DNA of 64,000 nt from an uncultured Phascolarctobacterium sp. (GTDB lineage: Bacteria; Bacillota; Negativicutes; Acidaminococcales; Acidaminococcaceae): positions 26,337-90,336 of the forward strand of contig NZ_CAKPTG010000008.1 in the NCBI RefSeq assembly GCF_934190775.1, in the 5' to 3' direction. The notes below the pieces were generated by a model. That model saw only the letters and a program-made list of their open reading frames with translations. It made no database searches and was not told the origin of the DNA. Of this stretch, positions 1 through 8,677 are shown piece by piece. The position numbers and the translations under genes were made by a program. Position 1 is the stretch's first letter. Each line of letters starts with the position of its first letter.

Positions 1-452
1 GTTCCGGATATGTACTTGTAGGTAGTCCATATAATTCTGTAAAATTTCTTTGCAGTTCACGGAAATAAAACATATTCAATTTTTTATCATCTTCAGTGCG
101 AACAACAGCTTGCCCCAAACATACAATTACGCTATATAATCTATCTTTATAAAAATTAGCATATAATACCTTAAAAGGCACTCCGTGTAAGCTTTGTGTT
201 GGTTCATCTAAATCAAAATAATACTCATCTAAACGTACACTATATTCATTACTTAAATCTAAATCAAGGTCATAGGCGTCTACTTCTTTTTCGTCTCCTG
301 CGTAATATTTATCACACAGAAGCTCCGTTGATTTAACTTCCTCAAACGACGAATTTAATTTAAGTCCTTGAAAACCATCCGGTTCATTTTGAAAAGCAAA
401 ACCTGTTGAACAACTAAACAGTAATAATAAGACCATTGCTAAAAAACGCATA
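1..452 (-). CDS. Putative lipoprotein (partial; 3' end lies beyond window start)
   Basis: ATG at 452 preceded by AAGGAGG 8 nt upstream; minus-strand frame stays open to position 1; N-terminus MRFLAMVLLLLFSCSTG has signal peptide with lipobox-like LFSC. Confidence 0.45.
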
Positions 453-794
453 ACTTACAACCTCCTTTGTGATATGTTAATGAATATTTTTATGAACCTT
501 ATCAGTTGATGTTATAAGATTCGCTTTGCCGGCGTAAACGACGCTGCTGCATAGTTTTTCCGTTCGCGAAGCATTCTTTTGTCCTTGCCTACAGTCAAAA
601 AATGCTCTCTCACTACTCTTCTATATTTATATTATACACATACCGCAATTAAAAAATCAATACTGGTAAGTATATATAAGTCAAATAATATCTTATGATT
701 TTATATGAATTTAATATAATATTCAATAGTGTGTAAAGCGCCTGCACTTTTGAAAGTATATTTCATAATTCAAAGAATATATAAGCATAAAAAA

Positions 795-843
795 ATCCTG
801 TTGCAGATTAAATTACTCAATCCACAACAGGACTTTTAAACGT
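795..843. terminator. Hairpin TCCTGTTG..CAACAGGA (8-bp stem) flanked by A-run and T-run; likely terminator for nfnAB on minus strand, bidirectional
   Basis: Perfect 8-bp inverted repeat with flanking poly-A (plus) / poly-T (minus) directly downstream of nfnB stop. Confidence 0.5.
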
Positions 844-902
844 GTCCGTATTAAATTACGCTTGTTACAAGTTAAATTACACTTTTACAAGCTCTCAGCA
901 GT

Positions 903-2297
903 TTACTTGCTCAGGTACTCGTCAATAGCAGCTGCAGCCTTCTTGCCTGCGCCCATAGCGCTGATTACGGTTGCAGCACCGGTTACGATGTCGCCACCGG
1001 CGAACACGCCCGGAATAGAGGTAGCACCTGCCTCGTCGGCAACGATGTTACCGCGCTTGTTGATCTCCAGATCAGGGGTAGTCTGCTTAATCAGCGGGTT
1101 AGGACCCTGGCCGATAGCCATAACTACCATGTCAACGTCGAGCACATATTCGCTGCCTGCGATAGCTACAGGAGAGCGACGGCCGCTGGCATCCGCTTCG
1201 CCCAGCTCCATCTTAATGCACTTCAGGCCGTTAACCCAGCCCTTTTCATCGCCCATGATTGCAACCGGATTGTTCAGCAGGCGCAGCTCAATGCCTTCTT
1301 CCTTAGCATGGCCGATTTCTTCCTTACGCGCAGGCATTTCTTCCTCGCTGCGGCGGTACACGATATATACCTGCTCCGCGCCAAGGCGCTTCGCGGTACG
1401 CGCTGCGTCCATTGCTACGTTGCCTGCGCCAACGATAGCAGCCTTCTTACCAACGTATACAGGTGTAGCGTAGTTTGGGAATTCGTAAGCCTTCATCAGG
1501 TTTACACGCGTCAAAAATTCGTTGGCGGAATATACGCCGTTGAGGTTTTCGCCGTCAATATGCATAAAGTGCGGCAGACCGGCGCCGGTACCCACATAAA
1601 CAGCGCTGAAGCCTTCCTCTTCCATCAGCTCCTTGATGGTGAAGGTGCGGCCGATAACAGCGTCAACTACAATCTTTACGCCCAGCTTTTTCAGTGCGGA
1701 GATTTCATGCTGTACGATTTCCTTTGGCAGACGGAACTGCGGAATGCCGTACATCAGCACGCCGCCGGCAGCATGCAGTGCTTCGTACATGGTTACATCA
1801 TAGCCCATTTTTGCCAAATCGCCGGCGCAGGTCAGACCGCTGGGGCCGCTGCCTACAACGGCAACCTTCTTGCCTTTGCGTTCTGCTGGAGCTTCTACAT
1901 CGTTATCCAAACCATGTTCACGCGCATAGTCGGCAACAAAGCGCTCTAGGCGGCCGATAGCTACAGGCTCGCCCTTAATGCCCAGCACGCATTTGCCTTC
2001 GCACTGGTTTTCCTGCGGGCAGACACGGCCGCAGACAGCAGGCAGGGTGCTCTTTTGCTTAAGGATTTTATAAGCATCGGCAAAGTTTTCCTGTGCAACC
2101 TCATGGATAAACTTAGGAATATCAATATTAACCGGGCAGCTGCCTACACAACGCGGTTTGGGGCAGTTTAGGCAGCGCTGTGCCTCGTCTACCGCCATTT
2201 CCTTAGTGTAGCCAAGTGCTACCTCCTGAAAGTTTTTGTTACGCACATCAGCCGGCTGTTCCGGCATAGCATTTCTCATTCCTCCACGCATTTGCAA
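903..2297 (-). CDS. nfnB: NADH-dependent reduced ferredoxin:NADP+ oxidoreductase subunit B / glutamate synthase small-subunit homolog (GltD-like, FAD/NAD(P) + 2x[4Fe-4S])
   Basis: 464 aa; N-terminal Cys clusters (CLNCPKPRC..CPV, CGRVCP..CEGKC), two Rossmann GxGxxG motifs (VAVVGSGPSG, AAIVGAGNVAMD), C-terminal GGDIVTGAATV; overlaps partner gene by 22 nt. Confidence 0.85.
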   Translation of the reverse strand: MQMRGGMRNAMPEQPADVRNKNFQEVALGYTKEMAVDEAQRCLNCPKPRCVGSCPVNIDIPKFIHEVAQENFADAYKILKQKSTLPAVCGRVCPQENQCEGKCVLGIKGEPVAIGRLERFVADYAREHGLDNDVEAPAERKGKKVAVVGSGPSGLTCAGDLAKMGYDVTMYEALHAAGGVLMYGIPQFRLPKEIVQHEISALKKLGVKIVVDAVIGRTFTIKELMEEEGFSAVYVGTGAGLPHFMHIDGENLNGVYSANEFLTRVNLMKAYEFPNYATPVYVGKKAAIVGAGNVAMDAARTAKRLGAEQVYIVYRRSEEEMPARKEEIGHAKEEGIELRLLNNPVAIMGDEKGWVNGLKCIKMELGEADASGRRSPVAIAGSEYVLDVDMVVMAIGQGPNPLIKQTTPDLEINKRGNIVADEAGATSIPGVFAGGDIVTGAATVISAMGAGKKAAAAIDEYLSK

Positions 2298-3118
2298 TGA
2301 CCTCCACAGCTATATTCCAGTGCTTCCTGGTCCTTGTACATCTGCTGACGCATTACCAGGTTTGCAAAATCTACCTCGTGAGCATCAAACTCCGGTCCGT
2401 CTACACAGGCAAATTTGTTCTCGCCGCCAACCATTACACGGCAGCCGCCGCACATGCCGGTGCCGTCTACCATGATGGTGTTGAGGCTGGCCGTAGTTTT
2501 TACGCCGAAGGGTTTAGTGGTTGCTGCCACGTTTTTCATCATGATAACAGGGCCGATGGCCAATACCAGGTCAATCTTCTCGCCTGCTTCCAGCATTTCA
2601 CGCAGCGGGTCAGTTACAAAGCCCTTGCGGCCTGCACTGCCGTTATCTGTGGTCAAAATCAGCTCATCGCTGATAGCAGCCATTTTATCCTGCCAGATTA
2701 CCAGATCCTTGTCGCGTGCACCGATGATGGAGATAACCTTGTTGCCCAGCTCGTGATATGCACGTGCGATAGGATAAACAGGCGCAACGCCGATGCCGCC
2801 GCCAACTACTACAACAGTACCGAACTTGCCCATCTCGGAAGGATGTCCCAAAGGACCTACTACGTCGAGAATATCATCACCCTCGTTAAAGGTGTCGCAC
2901 AGATGCTTGGTGGTGTTGCCCACAGCCTGCACGATTAAGGTGATATAGCCTTTTTCACGGTCAAAATCCGCAATAGTCAGAGGAATACGTTCGCTGTATT
3001 CGTCTGTGCGGATGATTACAAACTGTCCCGGATGGCATTTGTGTGCCACCAGCGGCGCGTCTACGACGAACTCGTAAACTGCAGGTGCTAAATTTGCTTT
3101 GGTAATGATTTTAGCCAT
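2276..3118 (-). CDS. nfnA: NfnA (sulfide dehydrogenase beta-subunit-like; FAD/[2Fe-2S] ferredoxin-NADP reductase-family subunit)
   Basis: 280 aa; FNR-like fold motifs (RIPLTIADFD, VVVVGGGIGVAPVYPIA) and C-terminal Cys cluster GMCGGCRV..CVDGP; translationally coupled with nfnB. Confidence 0.85.
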   Translation of the reverse strand: MAKIITKANLAPAVYEFVVDAPLVAHKCHPGQFVIIRTDEYSERIPLTIADFDREKGYITLIVQAVGNTTKHLCDTFNEGDDILDVVGPLGHPSEMGKFGTVVVVGGGIGVAPVYPIARAYHELGNKVISIIGARDKDLVIWQDKMAAISDELILTTDNGSAGRKGFVTDPLREMLEAGEKIDLVLAIGPVIMMKNVAATTKPFGVKTTASLNTIMVDGTGMCGGCRVMVGGENKFACVDGPEFDAHEVDFANLVMRQQMYKDQEALEYSCGGHCKCVEE

Positions 3119-3149
3119 TTTCTTGCATTTCTCCTTTTGCTGCTAATTG

Positions 3150-4430
3150 CTATTCATTCAAGAGCTTTCTGGTGCAAGCCTCAGCTTCCGCATAAATCTT
3201 TTCTTCGTCAAAGGTCAGCAGTTTTCCTGCTTCCACAACCTTTTTGCCTGCTACGAAAACAGTGTCGGCGTCAGTGCTGCTTGCTGCATAAACCAGCTGG
3301 GACAGCTTATTGTGACGCGGATACCAGTAAGGCTTGTGCATATCCCACAGTACGATATCTGCCTGCTGACCTGCTTCCAGAAGTCCAGTATCGGCAAAGC
3401 CCAAAGTCTTGGCGCCGTCAACAGTTGCCATCTCCCACGCCTTTTTAGCAGGAACAACGAGAGGATCAAAGGTGGTTGCCTTATGCAGCATTGCGGCAGC
3501 GCGGCATTCCTCCAGCATATCCAGATTGTTGTTGCTGGATGCGCCGTCCGTGCCCAGGCCAACGCAAATGCCCTTGTTCAGCATTGCCGCTACCGGTGCG
3601 ATACCGCTTGCCAGCTTCAGGTTGCTCTGCGGGTTGTGGGCTACACGCACGTTTTTGGCAGCCATGATATCCATATCCTCGTCGGTCAAGTGTACGCAGT
3701 GCGCAGCAATGGTTCCCAGATCAAACATGCCCAGCTTATCCATCAGCTGAATCGGCGTCATGCCATGCTCTTTAACAACGGTATCAACCTCAAATTTAGT
3801 TTCGCACAGATGCATCTGGATTTCTGCCTTGTTGGCAGCAGCCTCGGCAATGACCTTTTCCAGATAATCAACAGGACAAGTATAAGGAGCGTGCGGACCG
3901 TAGGTGATGCGGATACGGCCGTTGTCATAGCCCTGCCAGTTCTTCGCCAGCACAGTGTTTTCTGCCAGCTTTACATCCTTGTCCGGCGCTACGCCGATCA
4001 GACCGCGGCTGAGGTTAGCGCGGATACCAGTTTCAGCGCAGGCACGCGCAACATCCTCCATGAAGGCGTACATATCGGCAAAGCAGGTAGTACCGCCCTT
4101 CAGCATTTCTACGATGCCCAGCATTGCGCCCCAATAGATGTCGTTGGCATCCATCTTGTCCTCAATCGGCCAGATTTTGTTTTGCAGCCAGTCCATGAGC
4201 GCCATATCATCGGCATAGCTGCGCAGCAGCGTCATAGAAACGTGGCCGTGAGTGTTAACCATGCCGGCGGTAGCCAGCTTGCCCTTGCCGTCAACGATTT
4301 CGTCGGCAGCAAAGTCTGCAGGCACGTCCTTGCCTACATAGACAATCTTATTATCTTCAACGGCGATGTTCTGCATTTCACCGTTCGGAGTATGCAGAAG
4401 CTCGATATTTTTAATCAGTAGCTTAGCCAA
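3150..4430 (-). CDS. mtaD: 5-methylthioadenosine/S-adenosylhomocysteine deaminase (amidohydrolase superfamily)
   Basis: 426 aa; metal-binding HxH (MVNTHGHVSMT), HLCET and GLGTDG motifs typical of MtaD/TRZ-ATZ; probable TTG start at 4430. Confidence 0.85.
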   Translation of the reverse strand: MAKLLIKNIELLHTPNGEMQNIAVEDNKIVYVGKDVPADFAADEIVDGKGKLATAGMVNTHGHVSMTLLRSYADDMALMDWLQNKIWPIEDKMDANDIYWGAMLGIVEMLKGGTTCFADMYAFMEDVARACAETGIRANLSRGLIGVAPDKDVKLAENTVLAKNWQGYDNGRIRITYGPHAPYTCPVDYLEKVIAEAAANKAEIQMHLCETKFEVDTVVKEHGMTPIQLMDKLGMFDLGTIAAHCVHLTDEDMDIMAAKNVRVAHNPQSNLKLASGIAPVAAMLNKGICVGLGTDGASSNNNLDMLEECRAAAMLHKATTFDPLVVPAKKAWEMATVDGAKTLGFADTGLLEAGQQADIVLWDMHKPYWYPRHNKLSQLVYAASSTDADTVFVAGKKVVEAGKLLTFDEEKIYAEAEACTRKLLNE

Positions 4431-4458
4431 AAGATTTCACTTCCTTGGTACAAATTAA

Positions 4459-4485
4459 GTCCTGCCTCCCTGTTTAATGCTTAGG
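4459..4485 (-). promoter_or_regulatory. Intra-operon stem-loop (GCCTCCCT-N11-AGGGAGGC) between aldolase and mtaD genes
   Basis: Perfect 8-bp G/C-rich inverted repeat in an 84-bp intergenic gap; no clear U-tract on minus strand, so processing/attenuation element rather than terminator. Confidence 0.3.
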
Positions 4486-4514
4486 GAGGCAGATGACAGT
4501 GATATTATTGTTTT

Positions 4515-5192
4515 CTACTCCTCGCCCTGCTGACGTTTGGAGTAATGCTTTTCATAAAAATCATGCATCACGTCCACGTCCTCACAGCTCAGCTCGTACA
4601 CCTTGTTGCCGGTGCCTGCACAGATTACGGCAATCTGCGCCGCTTTTTCCAGAATTTCGGCAGCAAGCAGTGCCTCCGCCAGGTTCTTGCCCCAGCAGAC
4701 AGCGCCATGGTTGGCCAGCAGCACAGCCTTTTTGCCGTTCAGCGCACGCACGGTGTTCTCCGCCAGCTCCTGCGTACCGCAGAGAGCGTACTGAGCGCAC
4801 TCCACCCTGCCGCCGATAATCTGCACGATATCCTCGATAATCGCCGGCACTCCCTGATGCATAGCCGCAAGCGCACTGGCATAAATGCTGTGCGTATGGA
4901 TTACGGCACCTGCCTCTGGATAGGCGTTGTAAATGGCGGTATGCACCTTCAGTTCGGAAGAAGGAATGCGCTTGCCTTCGACAACTTCGCCATCACGGTT
5001 GATAATGACAACGTCCTCAGGCGTCAGTGTTTCATAACCGTGACCGGAGGGTGTGATAGCAATATTCTGCGCGTCAATGCGGCAGCTGATGTTGCCCCAG
5101 GAGCCTGCAACGAGCTTTTTTTCAATCAGCGCATGGCCTGTTTCCACAATGGCAGCACACGCACTTTCTTTAGCAAATAACTGCGTTTCCAT
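4515..5192 (-). CDS. Class II aldolase/adducin-family protein (methylthioribulose-1-phosphate aldolase Ald2- or MtnB-like)
   Basis: 225 aa; class II aldolase Zn/His signature (AVIHTHS...ANHG); embedded in MTA salvage operon. Confidence 0.75.
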   Translation of the reverse strand: METQLFAKESACAAIVETGHALIEKKLVAGSWGNISCRIDAQNIAITPSGHGYETLTPEDVVIINRDGEVVEGKRIPSSELKVHTAIYNAYPEAGAVIHTHSIYASALAAMHQGVPAIIEDIVQIIGGRVECAQYALCGTQELAENTVRALNGKKAVLLANHGAVCWGKNLAEALLAAEILEKAAQIAVICAGTGNKVYELSCEDVDVMHDFYEKHYSKRQQGEE

Positions 5193-5194
5193 GA

Positions 5195-6439
5195 TTATTC
5201 GGCAGCCAGATATGCCTTCTGCTCATCGCTCAGGGTGTCGATGCCTGCGCCCATAGCCTGCAGCTTCAGAGCAGCAATTTCGGTGTTCAGCTCTTCCGGC
5301 AGTACATACAGTTTGTTTTCCATTGCTCCCTTATGGTCGAGCAGGTATTTCATAGCCAGGAACTGCATAGCGAAGGACAGGTCCATGATTTCAATCGGGT
5401 GACCGTCGCCGCATGCCAGGTTAACCAGACGGCCTTCGCCCAGCAGGTTCAGCTTACGTCCGTCAGCCATGGTGTAGGTCATAATATTTTTGCGTACTTC
5501 ATACGGAGCAACTACGGAAAGCTCCTCCAGATGATGTTTGTTGATTTCTACGTCGAAGTGGCCTGCGTTGCACATAACAGCGCCGTTCTTCATAACCTCC
5601 ATATGCGGTTTGGTGATTACGTCCTTGCAGCCGGTTACGGTTACAAAGATATCGCCGTGCTTAGCAGCCTCCTGCATCGGCATAACGCGGAAGCCGTCAA
5701 ATACTGCTTCAATACCCTTAATAGGATCAACCTCGGTAACGATAACGTTAGCGCCCAAGCCTTTGGCACGCATTGCAACGCCCTTACCGCACCAGCCATA
5801 GCCTGCAACAACAACGGTTCTGCCTGCTACGGACATGTTGGTGGTACGCATGATGCCATCCCAGGAGGATTGGCCGGTACCGTAACGGTTATCAAACAGA
5901 TACTTGCAGTAAGCATCATTAACGGCAATCATCGGGAATGCCAGATGACCTGCCGCAGCCAAAGCCTTCAGACGATGTACGCCGGTGGTGGTTTCTTCGC
6001 TGCCGCCCATCAGGTTAGGAATCAGGTCACGACGTTCGCCGTGCAGCATATTAACCAAATCGCCGCCGTCATCAATAATCAGCTGCGGTTCGCTCTTCAA
6101 AGCTTCGCGCAAATACATATCATATTCTTCGTTGGTGCAGCCATGGGTTGCGAAAACAGTTACGCCGCTGTCAACCAGTGCTGCGGCAATTTCGTCCTGA
6201 GTGGAAAGCGGGTTGCTGCCGGTAACAACAACATTAGCGCCTGCGTTCTTCAGCACGAGTGCCAGATAAGCAGTTTTTGCTTCCAGGTGAATGGTTACAA
6301 CCATGTTGATGCCCTGGAAAGGCTTAGTTTTGCTGTATTCATCGTTCAGATGGTTCAGCAAGGGCATATATTCCTTTGCCCACGCGATACGTTGATGACC
6401 TAACGGTGCCAATTTGATGTCTTTAATAATGCTTTGCAT
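5195..6439 (-). CDS. ahcY: Adenosylhomocysteinase
   Basis: 414 aa; NAD-binding VVVAGYGWCGKG, conserved SAHH blocks (HLEAKTA, GGDLVN, NLACGDGHP). Confidence 0.9.
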   Translation of the reverse strand: MQSIIKDIKLAPLGHQRIAWAKEYMPLLNHLNDEYSKTKPFQGINMVVTIHLEAKTAYLALVLKNAGANVVVTGSNPLSTQDEIAAALVDSGVTVFATHGCTNEEYDMYLREALKSEPQLIIDDGGDLVNMLHGERRDLIPNLMGGSEETTTGVHRLKALAAAGHLAFPMIAVNDAYCKYLFDNRYGTGQSSWDGIMRTTNMSVAGRTVVVAGYGWCGKGVAMRAKGLGANVIVTEVDPIKGIEAVFDGFRVMPMQEAAKHGDIFVTVTGCKDVITKPHMEVMKNGAVMCNAGHFDVEINKHHLEELSVVAPYEVRKNIMTYTMADGRKLNLLGEGRLVNLACGDGHPIEIMDLSFAMQFLAMKYLLDHKGAMENKLYVLPEELNTEIAALKLQAMGAGIDTLSDEQKAYLAAE

Positions 6440-6470
6440 AAATCTGAAAATCCTCCTTAAAATAAGCTCT

Positions 6471-7517
6471 TTAATCTTGTAAAAGAGCCTGCAATTTCAT
6501 AATGCTTTCTGTATACGGCGCTTTAAGTACGCCATGCTCGGTAATAATACCGGTAATAAGCTCTGCCGGTGTCACGTCAAACGCAGGGTTAAACACTGCT
6601 ACGCCCTCAGGTGCAGTCTGCTCGCTGCGGAAATGACGTACCTCGTCGGCCTTGCGCTCCTCAATAGGAATCTGCGCACCTGTGGCAATGGAAAAATCAA
6701 AGGTGCTCGTCGGCGCGGCGATATAAAACGGAATCCCGTGTGCCTTCGCCGCCAGTGCCACGCCATAGGTGCCGATTTTGTTCGCCGTATCGCCGTTGGC
6801 CGCAATTCTGTCGGCACCGACAACAACAGCGTTAACGCCTTGCGTGCGCATGGTCCACGCTGCCATATTATCGGTAATCAGCGTCACCGGAATGCCGTCC
6901 TCAAACAGCTCAAACGCCGTCAGTCGTGCACCCTGCAGCAGCGGACGCGTTTCGTCTGCATAAACCATCTTCAGCTTGCCCTGCGCATAGGCACTGCGGA
7001 TAACGCCCAGCGCCGTGCCCCAACCGCAGGTTGCCAATGCGCCTGCGTTGCAGTGCGTCAGCACTACGGCAGCGTCAGGCAGCACAGCAGCGCCGTATTC
7101 GCCCATACGCTTATTCATAGTGATATCGTCCGCATAAATCTGCTTGGCCTTCTCCTCCAGCGCCTTGATAATTGCCGCAGGTGACTTGTCCCCGCCGTTT
7201 AGGCGCACAGCCAGCGCGTACTGCAGATTTGCCGCCCACGCCAGGTTGACCGCCGTCGGACGCGCAGTAATCAGATCCGCACGCACAACATCCAGCGCAC
7301 CCAAAAAGTCAGGCTTATTCTCAACCTCGCGCGCACCCAGCACCATAGCGAAGGCAGCGGCAGCGCCGATTGCCGGAGCACCGCGCACCTCCAAGCGTTC
7401 AATCGCCACTTTCACGCGCTTGTAATCTACGCAGGTAATCCATTCTATCTTTTGCGGCAGCAGAGTCTGGTCCAACAGCACCAGGCTCCCCTGCTCCCAA
7501 CGCATAGTTTCTACCAT
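6471..7517 (-). CDS. mtnA: S-methyl-5-thioribose-1-phosphate isomerase
   Basis: 348 aa; eIF-2B/MtnA family motifs (VRGAPAIGAAAA, VGADRIAANGDTANKIGTY). Confidence 0.9.
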   Translation of the reverse strand: MVETMRWEQGSLVLLDQTLLPQKIEWITCVDYKRVKVAIERLEVRGAPAIGAAAAFAMVLGAREVENKPDFLGALDVVRADLITARPTAVNLAWAANLQYALAVRLNGGDKSPAAIIKALEEKAKQIYADDITMNKRMGEYGAAVLPDAAVVLTHCNAGALATCGWGTALGVIRSAYAQGKLKMVYADETRPLLQGARLTAFELFEDGIPVTLITDNMAAWTMRTQGVNAVVVGADRIAANGDTANKIGTYGVALAAKAHGIPFYIAAPTSTFDFSIATGAQIPIEERKADEVRHFRSEQTAPEGVAVFNPAFDVTPAELITGIITEHGVLKAPYTESIMKLQALLQD

Positions 7518-7526
7518 AACAACCTC

Positions 7527-8324
7527 TTACAGCTTAAAGCCGCCGAACTCCTGCATAGCGTGATGGCAGTTGCATTTCGCCTCAGTCGGCTCTTCATAAG
7601 CGATAAAGGACAGAATCAGCTTTTCCATATTCTTAATGCTCAGTGCCATTGCGTCGCAAACCTCTTTATGAGAAAGCGGTGTCGGGGAAATGCCGGCAGC
7701 CATATTGGTAACAATGGAGCAGTTGGTGTAGCACATCTCTGCCTCACGCGCCAGAATAGACTCAGGCATATTGGTCATGCCAACCAGGTCACCGCCCAGC
7801 ATAGCGAACATCTTGATTTCGGCAGCACTTTCAAAGCGCGGGCCTTCGGTGCAAACATAAACACCGTGCTTATGGAAGGTAATATCCGTTTTCTCAAGGC
7901 ATTTGATAACCTTCTCGCGCAGAGTCGGGCAATACGGATAGGTAAAATCGCAGTGTGCTACACCACGCTCAGGTGAATCATAGAAGGTGTTGATGCGGCT
8001 CTTGGTGAAGTCCAGCACGTTGTCGCAAACTACGAAGTGACCTGCCTTCATCTCCGGGTTGAGGGAACCAACTGCGGTAGTAGCAAAAATCTCCTCCGTT
8101 CCCAGGCTCTTCATCGCCCAGATGTTGGCGCGATAGTTTACCTTGTGGGGCGGTACGGAATGGTCAACGCCGTGACGGCTCACGAAAACCACCTGATTAC
8201 CGCTCATTGTGCCGATGTTGCACAATGCCTTACCAAACGGTGTTTCTATAATCTTTTTTTCAAATCCCTTCAGGGTATCGGGATTATCAATACCGGTTCC
8301 GCCAATGATAGCAATTTTACGCAT
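7527..8324 (-). CDS. mtnP: S-methyl-5'-thioadenosine (or methylthioinosine) phosphorylase, PNP/MTAP family
   Basis: 265 aa; N-terminal IAIIGGTG and phosphate-binding blocks of MTAP family; first gene of salvage operon. Confidence 0.85.
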   Translation of the reverse strand: MRKIAIIGGTGIDNPDTLKGFEKKIIETPFGKALCNIGTMSGNQVVFVSRHGVDHSVPPHKVNYRANIWAMKSLGTEEIFATTAVGSLNPEMKAGHFVVCDNVLDFTKSRINTFYDSPERGVAHCDFTYPYCPTLREKVIKCLEKTDITFHKHGVYVCTEGPRFESAAEIKMFAMLGGDLVGMTNMPESILAREAEMCYTNCSIVTNMAAGISPTPLSHKEVCDAMALSIKNMEKLILSFIAYEEPTEAKCNCHHAMQEFGGFKL

Positions 8325-8419
8325 ATGCTTTGCCTCCTTTATGGGTAAATGTGATAATGAAAACTGTTTACCAAAGTATGTTATTACGCATAATATCTAT
8401 GCAGATTCTCCACACTTTT

Positions 8420-8450
8420 TCTATTATATAATACCATAAATAAGGCATAA
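8420..8450 (-). promoter_or_regulatory. Candidate sigma-A promoter for mtnP operon (extended -10 TGGTATTATATAAT on minus strand)
   Basis: Read on minus strand just downstream of terminator and ~90 nt upstream of mtnP ATG. Confidence 0.35.
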
Positions 8451-8460
8451 TTTAAAGAGC

Positions 8461-8494
8461 AAAGAAAAAGCACTCTCAGCAGGTGTGAGAGTGC
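8461..8494 (-). terminator. Rho-independent terminator (GCACTCTCA-N7-TGAGAGTGC followed by U-run on minus strand)
   Basis: Perfect 9-bp stem, loop 7, TTTTTCTTT on minus strand; closes the transcript containing the HAD gene and the 13-mer repeat array. Confidence 0.6.
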
Positions 8495-8506
8495 GAAGTG
8501 GGTGTG

Positions 8507-8624
8507 GAGTATCCGGCACTGTTTTCTGAGTATCTGGCACTATCGGCCTAGTATCCGGCACTTTTGCAGATTATCCGGCACTATATCCTTAGTATCTGGC
8601 ACTACTTGCTCAGTATCCGGCACT
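8507..8624. repeat. Six tandem copies of 13-mer AGTATC(C/T)GGCACT with 7-9 bp variable spacers, ~21-bp period
   Basis: Copies begin at 8508, 8529, 8550, 8570, 8591, 8612; lies between HAD hydrolase stop codon and its terminator (3'UTR) and upstream of mtnP promoter. Confidence 0.85.
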
Positions 8625-8677
8625 GTCGACTCATTTAAAAGGACATTAGAACCTTCATTAGTATTTTTATTAGGACA

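Noticed and set aside
862-1949. Plus-strand ORFs (203 aa, 213 aa, 88 aa) overlapping nfnB
   Set aside because: They are antisense to a well-supported gene, have low-complexity Ala/Ser/Pro-rich translations and no RBS; typical GC-rich antisense shadow ORFs. The same applies to most listed antisense ORFs throughout, e.g. 3147..4421, 5333..6403, 19235..20464, 28087..29370, 41384..42544, 52257..53384.
8507-8624. Sigma-54 promoter reading of the GGCAC-containing repeats (TGGCAC-N5-TTGC)
   Set aside because: The GG-to-GC spacing in CCGGCACTTTTGCAG is 9 rather than the required 12, and no copy fits the -24/-12 geometry.
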